This document shows, piece by piece, positions 37,688 through 47,261 of a DNA stretch of 64,000 nucleotides. The first letter of the stretch is position 1. Every line of letters starts with the position of its first letter. The translations under genes were made by a program, and so were the position numbers. The notes under the pieces are model-generated. The model was not told the origin of the DNA and searched no databases. It worked only from the letters and a program-made list of their open reading frames with translations. The stretch is from the NCBI GenBank assembly GCA_040218735.1, contig JAVJQW010000043.1, positions 128,001-192,000 of the forward strand. Reading direction: 5' to 3'. The DNA comes from Deltaproteobacteria bacterium. GTDB taxonomy: Bacteria > Myxococcota > Kuafuiibacteriia > Kuafuiibacteriales > Kuafuiibacteriaceae.

Positions 37688-38650
37688 TCAAGCCGCGGGG
37701 GAGGCCGCCGGCGGGGCCGCTTGGCCCCCTTGCGGCGCCTGGGCGTAGGCTGCGACCGGCCCCGACAGGAACTTCTCCAGGCGCAGGTTGATCAGCTCCG
37801 GCTGCTCGATCAGGGCCGCGTGGGACCCGCGCGGGATCTCCAGTAGCTCCGCGTTCGGCATTCGCCCCGCCATCTCGACCGACAGGTGCCGCGGCGTGAA
37901 CAGGTCCCGCTCTCCCGCGACGACCAGCGCCGGGCAGCGGATGTTGCCGAGGATGTCGGAGGCGTCGTGCTCCTGCGCCGCGCGCACCATCTCGAAGAAT
38001 ACGCGCACGTCTTGCCGAGCGAGGTGCTCGAGGTACGGGTCGAGGTCGCTCTTGCGACACAGATCGGGATGCACGAGCCCCGACCACCGAGCGAACTGCC
38101 ACATCACCGGCTTGCGCAGGGTCATCCGCATCCCCATCGAGATGAGGTCGGGGATCCGCGACGCGACCGCGTACGCCGCCCGATACACCGTGCGGCCGAT
38201 GCGCGGGTCGATGAACGTGTCCGCGGGGTGCCCGAAGGCCCCGAGCATCGGGACCAACGCGAGCGCTCGGTCGGGGAACAGCCGATAGAACTCGAAGATG
38301 ACCTGACAACCCATCGAGTGGCCGAGGAGCACGGCGCGCTCAATATGGTTGGCGTCCATCACGCGTGCGAGATCGTCCGCGACGCTCGCCATCGTGATGC
38401 TCTCGATGCGGTCGGGGATCCCGCTCGCGCCGTGGCCTCGGTAATCCCAGACGACGACCCGGTGGGTCTTCGAGAAGAACTCACCGACGTAGTCCCAGAA
38501 GAACGTGGAGACGCCGACGCCGTTGCAGCACACGATCGCCGTCGCGTCCGCCGGACCGCCGGCGGCGAAGGCCAGCGGCGTGCCGTCCGCGGCGAGGGTG
38601 GTGCCGGAGGTGCTCCACCATGGAGCACGCTTCTTTGGATAGTCGACCAA
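37688..38650 (-). CDS. Alpha/beta hydrolase
   Basis: WDYRGHGASG, GHSMG nucleophile elbow, GERDLFTP, GSHAALIEQP. Confidence 0.9.
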   Translation of the reverse strand: MVDYPKKRAPWWSTSGTTLAADGTPLAFAAGGPADATAIVCCNGVGVSTFFWDYVGEFFSKTHRVVVWDYRGHGASGIPDRIESITMASVADDLARVMDANHIERAVLLGHSMGCQVIFEFYRLFPDRALALVPMLGAFGHPADTFIDPRIGRTVYRAAYAVASRIPDLISMGMRMTLRKPVMWQFARWSGLVHPDLCRKSDLDPYLEHLARQDVRVFFEMVRAAQEHDASDILGNIRCPALVVAGERDLFTPRHLSVEMAGRMPNAELLEIPRGSHAALIEQPELINLRLEKFLSGPVAAYAQAPQGGQAAPPAASPAA

Positions 38651-38679
38651 GGTCCAGACGCATAGTACAAGGCCGGGCG

Positions 38680-39621
38680 ATGGCCTACTACCTCGTGACC
38701 GGCGGCGCCGGGTTCATCGGCTCGAACCTGGTCGAAGCGCTGCTCGCCCGCGGCGACAAGGTGCGCGTGCTGGACGACTTCTCGACCGGCAAACGCGACA
38801 ACCTCGCCCCCTTCCTCGACCGCATCGACCTGGTCGAGGGGACGGTCGTCAGCCCGGACGACTGCAAACGTGCCGCCGACGGCGTCGACTACGTGCTGCA
38901 CGAGGCGGCCATCCCGTCGGTGCCGAAGTCGATCGAGCTGCCGGTCGAGACCAACCACGCCAACATCGACGGCGTCCTCAACATGCTCGTCGCCGCGCGC
39001 GACGCGAAGGTGAAGCGGTTTGTGTTCGCGGCGTCCTCGTCGGCGTACGGCGACACCCCCACGCTCCCGAAGGTCGAGGACATGACGGGCGCGCCCAAGA
39101 GCCCGTACGCCATCCAGAAGTTCACCGCGGAGATGTACCTCAAGGTCTTCTACGATTCTTACGGCCTCGAGACGGTCGCGCTTCGGTACTTCAACATCTT
39201 CGGGCCACGGCAGGATCCGACGAGCTTCTACTCGGCGGTCATCCCCAAGTTCATCACCGCGTGCATGCGGGACGAGGCGCCCACGATCTTCGGCGACGGC
39301 GAGACCTCGCGCGACTTCACGCACATCGACAACGTCGTCGCCGCCAACCTCCTCGCCTGCTCCGCGGATCCCAAGTGCGCGGGCCAGGTGATGAACGTCG
39401 CGTGCGGCGAGCGCGTCACGCTCAACGAGCTGTCGGAGCTGATCCGCAAACACGTCGGGAGCGGGAAGCCGGCCGTGCACGAACCGGAGCGCGCCGGCGA
39501 CGTCAAACACTCGCTCGCGAGCATCGAACGCGCGAAGGAGCTCATCGGCTACGAGCCGAAGGTCATGTTCGCGGAAGGCATCGAGCGCGTCGTGAAGTGG
39601 TACATGGAGCACGCGTCCTAA
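38680..39621 (+). CDS. NAD-dependent nucleotide-sugar epimerase (extended SDR)
   Basis: VTGGAGFIGS, ASSSAYG, SPYAIQK (YxxxK), LRYFNIFGPRQ, GDGETSRDF. Confidence 0.93.
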   Translation: MAYYLVTGGAGFIGSNLVEALLARGDKVRVLDDFSTGKRDNLAPFLDRIDLVEGTVVSPDDCKRAADGVDYVLHEAAIPSVPKSIELPVETNHANIDGVLNMLVAARDAKVKRFVFAASSSAYGDTPTLPKVEDMTGAPKSPYAIQKFTAEMYLKVFYDSYGLETVALRYFNIFGPRQDPTSFYSAVIPKFITACMRDEAPTIFGDGETSRDFTHIDNVVAANLLACSADPKCAGQVMNVACGERVTLNELSELIRKHVGSGKPAVHEPERAGDVKHSLASIERAKELIGYEPKVMFAEGIERVVKWYMEHAS

Positions 39622-39624
39622 GGC

Positions 39625-40350
39625 ATGAGCGACACCTCGACGGGCACCGGCGCCCTCATCTGCATCCCGACCTACAACGAGGCCGAGAACATCGAGCGAA
39701 TCGTGCCCGCGGTGTTGGACCGCGTGCCCGATGCGCACGTCCTCGTCATCGATGACAACTCACCGGACGGCACGGGCCGCCTCGCGGACGCGCTCGCCGA
39801 CGACAACCCGTCGGTGCACGTGCTCCACCGCGCCGGCAAGGAGGGCCTCGGCAAGGCCTACCTCGCGGGCTTCACGTGGGCGCTCGAGCGCGACTACCAG
39901 TACATCTTCGAGTTCGACGCGGACTTCTCGCACAACCCCGACTACCTCCCGCACTTCATCGCGCTCCTCGATCGCCACGACGTGGTGATCGGCTCGCGCC
40001 GCGTGCCGGGCGGCGGCGTGGAGAACTGGGGCGCGGTGCGCCGGTTCATCTCCTGGGGCGGCAGCCTCTACGCGCGCACCGTGCTCGGGGTGTCGGTGAA
40101 GGATCTCACGGGCGGCTTCAACGGGTTCCGCCGCGACGTCCTCCTCGGCATCGGGCTCGAGAAGGTGAGCACCTCGGGCTACGGGTTCCAGGTCGAGCTC
40201 AAGTTCCGCTGCTTGCGCGCCGGGTACGACGTCGTCGAGGCGCCGATCATGTTCCCGGACCGCGTGCTTGGGAAGTCGAAGATGGGGCCGCACATCATCG
40301 GCGAGGCGATGCTCAACGTGGTGAAGCTGCGCCTCGGCGGCCTGGACTGA
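39625..40350 (+). CDS. Polyprenol-monophosphomannose synthase-like GT2 glycosyltransferase
   Basis: IPTYNEAENI, IDDNSPDGTG, GLGKAY, FDADFSH, GSRRVPGG, DLTGGF. Confidence 0.92.
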   Translation: MSDTSTGTGALICIPTYNEAENIERIVPAVLDRVPDAHVLVIDDNSPDGTGRLADALADDNPSVHVLHRAGKEGLGKAYLAGFTWALERDYQYIFEFDADFSHNPDYLPHFIALLDRHDVVIGSRRVPGGGVENWGAVRRFISWGGSLYARTVLGVSVKDLTGGFNGFRRDVLLGIGLEKVSTSGYGFQVELKFRCLRAGYDVVEAPIMFPDRVLGKSKMGPHIIGEAMLNVVKLRLGGLD

Positions 40351-40357
40351 CTCGGTC

Positions 40358-40678
40358 CTAGTTCATCGGTCGCGTCAGCACGTAGCGACCGTTCTGCAGC
40401 TCGTCGAAGAAGACCCCGAGCATCGGGTGCTCGATCGGCTCGGCCTCGGCGTCGAGCTCCAGGTGGCGCTCGGCGACGTACGTGGTGTGCTGCTTGCCGT
40501 CGACGAGCACGTGGTACCACGGCTTGTCCTTCGGCGGCCGCGAGCGCGCGACCTGGTCGTACCAGTCCTCCGTCCCTTCGAACGTGGGATCGACGGACGT
40601 GATCACCCCCCGGTAGCCGAACTTCAGGTGTTTGATGATCTGACCCGAGGTGAAGCGCGGCGTTTCCATGTCCGCCAT
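40358..40678 (-). CDS. hspQ: Heat shock protein HspQ (YccV family)
   Basis: FTSGQIIKHLKFGYRGVITSVDP, KPWYHVLVD, TYVAERHL, IEHP. Confidence 0.88.
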   Translation of the reverse strand: MADMETPRFTSGQIIKHLKFGYRGVITSVDPTFEGTEDWYDQVARSRPPKDKPWYHVLVDGKQHTTYVAERHLELDAEAEPIEHPMLGVFFDELQNGRYVLTRPMN

Positions 40679-40695
40679 CGCAACACGGCACCGGG

Positions 40696-43359
40696 TCACG
40701 TGTCGACCGGGGCGGTCGGCGGCTTGTGGGTCGTGCGCGCGAGCGCACGTTGCGCTTCGAAGGATCGTGGGTGCGCGCTCGCGAGCCCTTCGGCCATGCG
40801 CATCGCGTCCTCGTCGCGGCCTTGTCCCGCGAGCCAGTCGACGAGCAGCAACCGCGGGACGAGCCCCGCGCCCTCGCCGAGCCAGTCGTCGAGCGTCGGC
40901 CACACCCGTTCGTGTTGCCCGTGGGCGATCGCGGTCTGCACGTAGGCGCGTCGCGCGTTTTCGTCGTCGCGCGGATCCGCGGTGGCCTGCGCGGCCTTCC
41001 ATCCGAGCTCCGCGGCGTCGACCGCGGCGGCGCCGTCACCGAGCACATGATGCGCGGAGGACAGCAGGAAACACGACTCCATGTGCTCCGGGTTCGCTTC
41101 GACGAGCGCGGTGAGCCGAGCGAGCACGCCCCGGACGTCGGCGCGGTGGAGCGCAATGAGCTTCTCCGGATCGTCGCCGGCGGCTTCTCTCGCTTCGTCG
41201 CTCGGCGCCGACAACACGCGCAGCGCGTCGATGAAGGTGTCGACGTCGTCGCCTTCGAGCCCGTCCGCCGCGCGGCGCCCGCGCACCTGCACGCTGATCT
41301 CCTTCGCGGCGTCCTGGATCGGATCGAAGACCGGCTCGGTGACGCCGCCGATCCAAGACCCGGCGGCGCTCAACAGATCCCGACCGCCCCGGATGAACGC
41401 CGACTCGGAGAGCGCCTTCACGAGCTCCGCGCCGCGCTGCGCGCCGACCGCGAACGACGGGTGCCTCAGCACGGTGTCGACGCGCCCCGCCGCCGGGGAC
41501 AGCGGCGGCCAGAAGGTGCTGAGGATGAACGCGCCGTACGCTTCGCCGTCCTCGGTGCCGTAGCCGACGCCCGCGTTGATCACCTGCGGCACCCACAGCC
41601 CGCCCGCGAAGACGTTGCCCCAGCTCTCGCCACCGGGGCCGCCCCACACGCCGAGGAAGTCGACGCCCCCGCCGCCGCTCACGCCGAAGCCTTCGGCGCG
41701 CGAGTAGGAGACGTCGAGCTTGCCGTAGCCGCCCACCGAGAACGCGGGCATCGCGTAGCCGACGAGCCCCTTCTCCCGGCGGCCCGTGGTCGGGTCGGCT
41801 TCGTCGAGGCTGATCCCGCCCATCGCCGAGCCCGAGAAGATGCCGGGCACGCCGACGGCGCCGCCCGCGAGCACGTCGACTTCGAGGCGGTCGAGCCAAC
41901 GGTGTCCGCGCACGGCGTTGACGCCGGCGCGGGTGTCGGCGAGCTCCTCGATGCGCGCGGTGGTCGCCGCGAGCTTCGCGTCGATCGCTGCGAGCTCGGT
42001 CTGCTCCGCCGACGTGAGGTCGGTCGGCGTCTTGTCGTCGAGCAACCGCAGGCGAGCTTCGGTCGCGGACGCGCGCTGCTCCTGGGTCTTGGCGATCAGG
42101 TTCGTGAGCTTCTTACGTTCGAGCGGCAGCGGCTCGCGGCCGAGCACCTCGCCGGTGAGCACCTTCATCAGCGACGCGGTGTCGTCGGCGGCGCGGATGG
42201 TGTCGTGCAGCTCGGGGTGCGCGCCGTGGAGCGTGCCGATCAGCGCTTCCTGCAGTCGGTCGAGCTGAGGGCGTTCGAGCTCGAGCGCGTCGAGCGACGC
42301 GGCGAGGATCGCCACGTGGTAGGGCGCGACGGCGCGGCCCGTCTCGCCGAACGCCGCGATGGGGGCGGCGAGCAGCTCGGTCGGCCAGGTGATCATCGCG
42401 TCGCGGATCTGCTCGAGCTCGGCGGAGGGGTTGCGTGTGAGCTGTTTGTCGAGGCCCGCGATGGTGTCGGCCGCCTCGACCCCGCTCATCAGCGCAAACA
42501 GGCTGCGCACCGTCGGCGGATCCACGCGGGCGCTCGGCGGGTGGTCCGTGTGTCCTTCGAGGAGCGCGTCGCGCAGCGTGACGAGCTCACTCGCGGAGGG
42601 GTCGTGGCGGTGGAGCGCGTAGAGGAGCTTGGGGGCGTCGTCCGGATCCACGGCGCGGCCCGTCGCGCGGAAGCGTTCGATCTGCTCGCCGAAGCGCGCG
42701 TCCGCCCACCGCGCGAAGCTCTCGACGATCGCCCGTTGCTCGACGATGCGCGGCTCGATCGCCGCGAGCCGATCGGCGGCGGTCAGATCGCTGCCGTCGA
42801 ACATCTTGTCGTGCTCGGGACCGTGTCGTGCGATCTCGCGGAGCAACCCGTGTTCGTCTTCGAGCAGCGCGTCGAGCTTCGCCTTCGCCGCCGCCAACGA
42901 CTTAACGACGGGCGGTGTCTTCGGCGTCGTCGCGGACGTCGCGAGGAGGAGCGTGACGATGTCTTCCGCCTTCGGGTTACCGACGTTCGCAGCCTTCGTG
43001 CGGTGCAGCCCCGCGCGTTCAGGTGCGAGGTTCGCCAGCACGTGTTTGCGCAGCGCGAGGAAGTCTCCGCGCGTGAGGTCGGCGCTGCGCAGCGTGAACA
43101 GCAGCGGCGCCGCGCTCGACGGATCCAGCGGCAACCCTGCGGCATGCAGCGCGAGGGCGTCGCCGAGCATCGTCTCGGTCGCGCAGGTGCGCAGCCCCGG
43201 CGGGATGTCGTGTTTCGCGGCGTCGAAGACCCGGGCGCGATCTGCGACGCCCGTGGTCGGCGCGTCGGGTCGCACGACCTGCGAAGTGTTCGCAGGGGCT
43301 TCGGTCACCGCCGCCGTGACGGGGACGGGCGCCCCGACTCTGGTCTTCACCTCGGTCAT
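40696..43359 (-). CDS. Large hypothetical protein: helical N-terminus, coiled coil, Gly-rich hydrophobic core, TPR-like C-terminus
   Basis: Long ORF with host-like codon usage and no recognisable catalytic motif. Start chosen at MTEVKTRVG. Confidence 0.7.
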   Translation of the reverse strand: MTEVKTRVGAPVPVTAAVTEAPANTSQVVRPDAPTTGVADRARVFDAAKHDIPPGLRTCATETMLGDALALHAAGLPLDPSSAAPLLFTLRSADLTRGDFLALRKHVLANLAPERAGLHRTKAANVGNPKAEDIVTLLLATSATTPKTPPVVKSLAAAKAKLDALLEDEHGLLREIARHGPEHDKMFDGSDLTAADRLAAIEPRIVEQRAIVESFARWADARFGEQIERFRATGRAVDPDDAPKLLYALHRHDPSASELVTLRDALLEGHTDHPPSARVDPPTVRSLFALMSGVEAADTIAGLDKQLTRNPSAELEQIRDAMITWPTELLAAPIAAFGETGRAVAPYHVAILAASLDALELERPQLDRLQEALIGTLHGAHPELHDTIRAADDTASLMKVLTGEVLGREPLPLERKKLTNLIAKTQEQRASATEARLRLLDDKTPTDLTSAEQTELAAIDAKLAATTARIEELADTRAGVNAVRGHRWLDRLEVDVLAGGAVGVPGIFSGSAMGGISLDEADPTTGRREKGLVGYAMPAFSVGGYGKLDVSYSRAEGFGVSGGGGVDFLGVWGGPGGESWGNVFAGGLWVPQVINAGVGYGTEDGEAYGAFILSTFWPPLSPAAGRVDTVLRHPSFAVGAQRGAELVKALSESAFIRGGRDLLSAAGSWIGGVTEPVFDPIQDAAKEISVQVRGRRAADGLEGDDVDTFIDALRVLSAPSDEAREAAGDDPEKLIALHRADVRGVLARLTALVEANPEHMESCFLLSSAHHVLGDGAAAVDAAELGWKAAQATADPRDDENARRAYVQTAIAHGQHERVWPTLDDWLGEGAGLVPRLLLVDWLAGQGRDEDAMRMAEGLASAHPRSFEAQRALARTTHKPPTAPVDT

Positions 43360-43453
43360 CCGATTGTCGGGGAGTGTGCGTGGGCGGTCGCGAAGAATCC
43401 ACTCGAAAGAACCCGCGCTGGTCATCCTCCGCCTCGTGACTAACCTCGCCCGC

Positions 43454-44347
43454 ATGGATTGGAACGACGTGCGCTACTTCCTCGCTCTCGCGCGCCTCGG
43501 TTCGGTGCGCTCGGCGGGGGAGGCGCTCGGCGTCAGCCACTCCACGGTGGCGCGTCGCGTCGAGGCCCTCGAAGCCCGGCTCGCGGCGCGGCTGTTCGAC
43601 CGGAACCGCGAGGGTTACCAGCTGACCGACGCGGGGCGGCGCATGGTCGAACGCGCCGAGCGCGCCGAAAAAGAGATGCTCGCGCTCGAACGTGAGCTCG
43701 TCGGGTGCGACGAGAAGCTCGCCGGCCCGGTGCATATCACCTGCTGCGACGCGTTTGTCTCCGACCTCCTGATGCCCGAGCTCGCGCGGCTCTGCACGGC
43801 GTGCCCGGGGATCGAGCTGGGGATGACGACCGACGCGCGCCCCTTCGACCTCAACAAACGCGAGGCCGACATCGCGCTGCGTGTGCTCGCGCTCGGCAAC
43901 GCGCCGCAGCCCTACCTGATCGGCCGGCGGGTCGCGCCGGTGACGATCGCAAGCTACGTTGCAGAAGCGCACCGCGAGCGCCTCGACCCCGGCTTCGGTG
44001 GGACACCGCGCTGGATCGCGTTCGACGACAAGGACACCATGTCGACGGTCGTCGCGGACTCCGGCTTCCCGGACGCGCCGATGTGGGGTGCGCTCGGATC
44101 GATCGAGCTGATGGTCCAGGGCGCGCACGCGGGGTTGGGGATCTGCTTCCTCCCCACCTACGTCGGCGATCGGGAGGCGGGCCTGCGTCGCACGTCGAAG
44201 TCGACGGTTCGCCACATGGCGGACCTGTGGCTCCTCTCGCACCCGGACCTCCGCGACAACGCGCGCTTCGCCGCCGCGCGGGACGCCGTCGTGCGAGCCC
44301 TCGAGCCGCACGCGGCGCTGTTCGCGGGACAGATCAGAGCTTCGTGA
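43454..44347 (+). CDS. LysR family transcriptional regulator
   Basis: MDWNDVRYFLALARLGSVRSAGEALGVSHSTVARRVEALE, LTDAG, DLNKREADIALR. Confidence 0.95.
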   Translation: MDWNDVRYFLALARLGSVRSAGEALGVSHSTVARRVEALEARLAARLFDRNREGYQLTDAGRRMVERAERAEKEMLALERELVGCDEKLAGPVHITCCDAFVSDLLMPELARLCTACPGIELGMTTDARPFDLNKREADIALRVLALGNAPQPYLIGRRVAPVTIASYVAEAHRERLDPGFGGTPRWIAFDDKDTMSTVVADSGFPDAPMWGALGSIELMVQGAHAGLGICFLPTYVGDREAGLRRTSKSTVRHMADLWLLSHPDLRDNARFAAARDAVVRALEPHAALFAGQIRAS

Positions 44348-45560
44348 CGTGCCCCATGAAGAGCAGCGCGCCGGTGCCGCGGTCGCGTAGCGCGTAGATG
44401 AACGGCCGGTCGATCTTCACCGTCACCGTCTCGGGGATCGACACGATCCCCACGCCGCCGCCGGTCGCCGCCGCCGCGACCGTGCCGCGCTCCGACACCT
44501 TGATGACCGCTTCCTGCACGAGCCACGCGAGGAAGAGCTCCCCGGGCGCTCCGGCGATGCCAGAGAGGTCCGCGGCGGCGAACAGATCGACGATCCCCAT
44601 CTTCTGCATCGGCGCTTCGAGTTTGTGCTCGCTGCGGATGTCGAACTTCGGCATCGAGAGGTCGATGTCGACGCCCCGGAGCTCGTCGAGCGTGGCCGTC
44701 AGGCGGTCGGCGTCGAGGGCGGCGTGGAACGCGCCGAAGTCGTTCGGCTCGATCACGACGAGCTCGACCTGGTTGTCGTCGTAGGGGACCGCGACGGCTT
44801 CGTAGTCGTCGCCTTTGACATATCGACCGCGCGAGCGACCGACGAACCCGGCGACCTGCTTACCGTCGAAGTCGATGTCCTCCGCCTCGAACTCGGCCTG
44901 CCACGCGCCGTCGAAGTACACCGCGTTGGCGAGCACGAGCACGATGCTCGCGTCGATGGAGCCGGACTTCAGTAGCTCGGGGATGAGGCCCTCCGTCATG
45001 GCGGAGATCCATTCGTTGATCGCGATGCGGCTCGGCTCCGCTTCGCCCGCGAAGTCCATGAGCGACACGGGCGCGCCGTAGTTCAGGGCGAGGGTGTCGA
45101 GGTACGGCGCGTGGATCGCGAAGCCCTTCTGCGCGAAGAGCTGGTTCACGGAGCGCAGCATGAAGTCACCGCCGTTCGACGACTTGGCGTCCTCGCCGCG
45201 GGACGCGAGCTCGAGGTCGACGCGGTTGAACGCGGCGTGCAGCACGTCGGACGGGAGCGTGTAGTGCATCCCGCTCGCCATCTGGGTCTCGGTGGTGCTC
45301 TTCGCGCCGGCGTAGAGCATCGCCATCACGGCGTCGACGCTGTACGGCGAGACGACGACGTTCTCGTCGAGGGCGTTCGACTTGTAGAGGTCGAGGGCAA
45401 ACGCGGTGCGGTCGTGTGCAAACTGCTTGGTGTCCGCTTCACTGACGGAGGGGGCGAGCTCGCGCTGGAGATCGGATCGTACGAGCTCTCCGGGGGGCTC
45501 GGGGGTCCCGCCGCTGCAGGCGACGAGGAAGAGGAGGAGCAAAGGTGAGTTCCTGTTCAT
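44334..45560 (-). CDS. Serpin family lipoprotein
   Basis: Lipobox LVAC; NVVVSPYSV; LVLANAVYFDGAW; MPKF; hinge and reactive loop SERGTVAAAATGGGVGIVSIP; IDRPFIYALRD...LFMGHV. Confidence 0.93.
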   Translation of the reverse strand: MNRNSPLLLLFLVACSGGTPEPPGELVRSDLQRELAPSVSEADTKQFAHDRTAFALDLYKSNALDENVVVSPYSVDAVMAMLYAGAKSTTETQMASGMHYTLPSDVLHAAFNRVDLELASRGEDAKSSNGGDFMLRSVNQLFAQKGFAIHAPYLDTLALNYGAPVSLMDFAGEAEPSRIAINEWISAMTEGLIPELLKSGSIDASIVLVLANAVYFDGAWQAEFEAEDIDFDGKQVAGFVGRSRGRYVKGDDYEAVAVPYDDNQVELVVIEPNDFGAFHAALDADRLTATLDELRGVDIDLSMPKFDIRSEHKLEAPMQKMGIVDLFAAADLSGIAGAPGELFLAWLVQEAVIKVSERGTVAAAATGGGVGIVSIPETVTVKIDRPFIYALRDRGTGALLFMGHVTKL

Positions 45561-45575
45561 GGCGGACCGGGGAGG

Positions 45576-45590
45576 GCACGACGCGTGCCA
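45576..45590 (-). promoter_or_regulatory. Putative sigma-54 promoter of the serpin gene
   Basis: TGGCACG-CGTC-GTGC on the minus strand with exact GG-N10-GC spacing, 16 nt before the ATG. Confidence 0.55.
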
Positions 45591-45751
45591 AGCGAAGATC
45601 CGGTTGTGCGCGCGCGCATCTTCGGGCCGGCCTGACATGGTTGCCCGGCGGCTCGAGGGGGTCGCGGAATCTGGAGGCCTTGGCGTCGGTGCGTCGTTGC
45701 ACCGAGCCGTCCCGAAAAAGCACCATCGACGCGGCCGCGGGCTGCACCACC

Positions 45752-46393
45752 ATGTCGAAGATGAACGACACTGCCTTGGCCGAAGCGCGCTTTTGGGATC
45801 GAAAGGCGAAGGGGTACGCGAAGAGCCCCATCGCGGACCTCCCGGCTTACGAGAAGAAACTCCTCGTCACCCGTGAGCACCTCCGCCCGGACATGAAGCT
45901 CCTGGAGGTCGCGTGCGGCACCGGGACGACCGCGCTGATTCACGCGCCGCACGTCGCCCACATCCGCGCCACGGACCTTTCGTCACAGATGATCGCCATC
46001 GCGAAGAAGAAGGCGGCGGACGAGGGCGTCGACAACGTGACGTTCGAGCAGGCGTCGATCGCGTCGCTCGACGCGGAGGACGGCGCGTATGACGCGATCC
46101 TCGCGATGAGCATCTTGCACCTACTCGACGACCGGCGCGGGGCGCTCGAGAAGCTGCATCGCCTCCTCGCGCCCGGCGGGAAGCTCTTCACGAGTACGCC
46201 GTGCCTGTCGGACGGGATGGCGTGGGTCGGCTGGATCGCGCCCGTCGCGCGGTTTTTCGGCTTCTTCCCGTACGTGGAGTGTTTCAGCGAGCAGACGCTG
46301 ATGGACGACTTCGCCGCGGCGGGGTTCGAGGTCGACTACAAGTGGAAGCCGGGCCCCAAGAAGGCGCTGTTCACGATCGCGCGGCGCGCTTGA
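45752..46393 (+). CDS. Class I SAM-dependent methyltransferase
   Basis: FWDRKAKGY, LLEVACGTG, DLSSQMI, LAPGGKLFTSTPC. Confidence 0.9.
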   Translation: MSKMNDTALAEARFWDRKAKGYAKSPIADLPAYEKKLLVTREHLRPDMKLLEVACGTGTTALIHAPHVAHIRATDLSSQMIAIAKKKAADEGVDNVTFEQASIASLDAEDGAYDAILAMSILHLLDDRRGALEKLHRLLAPGGKLFTSTPCLSDGMAWVGWIAPVARFFGFFPYVECFSEQTLMDDFAAAGFEVDYKWKPGPKKALFTIARRA

Positions 46394-46424
46394 CCGCGCC
46401 GGCCGAGCCGTTACGTTCGAGTTC

Positions 46425-46856
46425 GTGACCCACGCCCTCCCGAAGGAAGTCGAGCGCCGCGCCCTCGCGCGCGCGACGCGGCGGGCGAAGCTCAAGGGGT
46501 ACGGCCTCATCCTCATCTACGTCGTGATCATGGTGGTCCTGTTTCCTCGGAACGAGATCGGTGTGTTTGGCGTTGCTTGTTCTCTTGGCGGGCTCGTCGT
46601 CGCGGTCCGCCATGTGAAGGCCGCTCACATCCTCGAGCGTGATGGCCCACGTGACCAGCTACACGACGAGACACGCAAGCTCGTGGAGGAGTTCGAGCGC
46701 GAAGCGCTCCGCGCAAGTGCCTTGGAGACCGCGGCCGGATCCGTGTCCGTGTTCAGTGATCCGGCACGCGGCGGTCTCGGCGTTGCAGAGCCGATCGACG
46801 GCCACTTGGCGCTGACGACCCCGGCGGCCCCGAGCAATTGGAGGCCGGGCCCGTGA
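46425..46856 (+). CDS. Small two-TM hypothetical protein, tandem paralog 1
   Basis: Two hydrophobic segments; paralog of 46853..47260. Confidence 0.7.
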   Translation: MTHALPKEVERRALARATRRAKLKGYGLILIYVVIMVVLFPRNEIGVFGVACSLGGLVVAVRHVKAAHILERDGPRDQLHDETRKLVEEFEREALRASALETAAGSVSVFSDPARGGLGVAEPIDGHLALTTPAAPSNWRPGP

Positions 46857-47260
46857 CCCACGCCCTCCCGAAGGAAGTCGAGCGCCGCGCCCTCGCGCGC
46901 GCGACGCGGCGGGCGAAGCTCAAGGGATACGGCCTCATCACGCTCTACCTCGTGCTGATGGGTGGCCTGGTCTACTGGAGCGATGGCTCCGTCTGGATCA
47001 TGCTCTGCTGGACCAGCGGTTTCCTCGTCGCGGCGCGGTACCTGAAGGCGAGCCGCGTCTTGGAGCGTGGTGGTCCGCGTGCGCACCTCGACGCCGAGAC
47101 GCGCAAGCTCCTGGAGCAGATCGAAGGTGAGGCGATCCGCGCCGGGCAGCGCGAGCTCACGGCGGGTTCGCTGTCGGTGTCGTCGGAGCCGACGCGCGGC
47201 GAGCTGTCGGTCACGGAGCCGGTCGAAGGCCACCTCGCGCTGACCGACCGCGAGGGTTGA
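46853..47260 (+). CDS. Small two-TM hypothetical protein, tandem paralog 2
   Basis: First 29 residues identical to paralog 1. The GTG start overlaps the previous TGA. Confidence 0.72.
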   Translation: MTHALPKEVERRALARATRRAKLKGYGLITLYLVLMGGLVYWSDGSVWIMLCWTSGFLVAARYLKASRVLERGGPRAHLDAETRKLLEQIEGEAIRAGQRELTAGSLSVSSEPTRGELSVTEPVEGHLALTDREG

Positions 47261-47261
47261 G

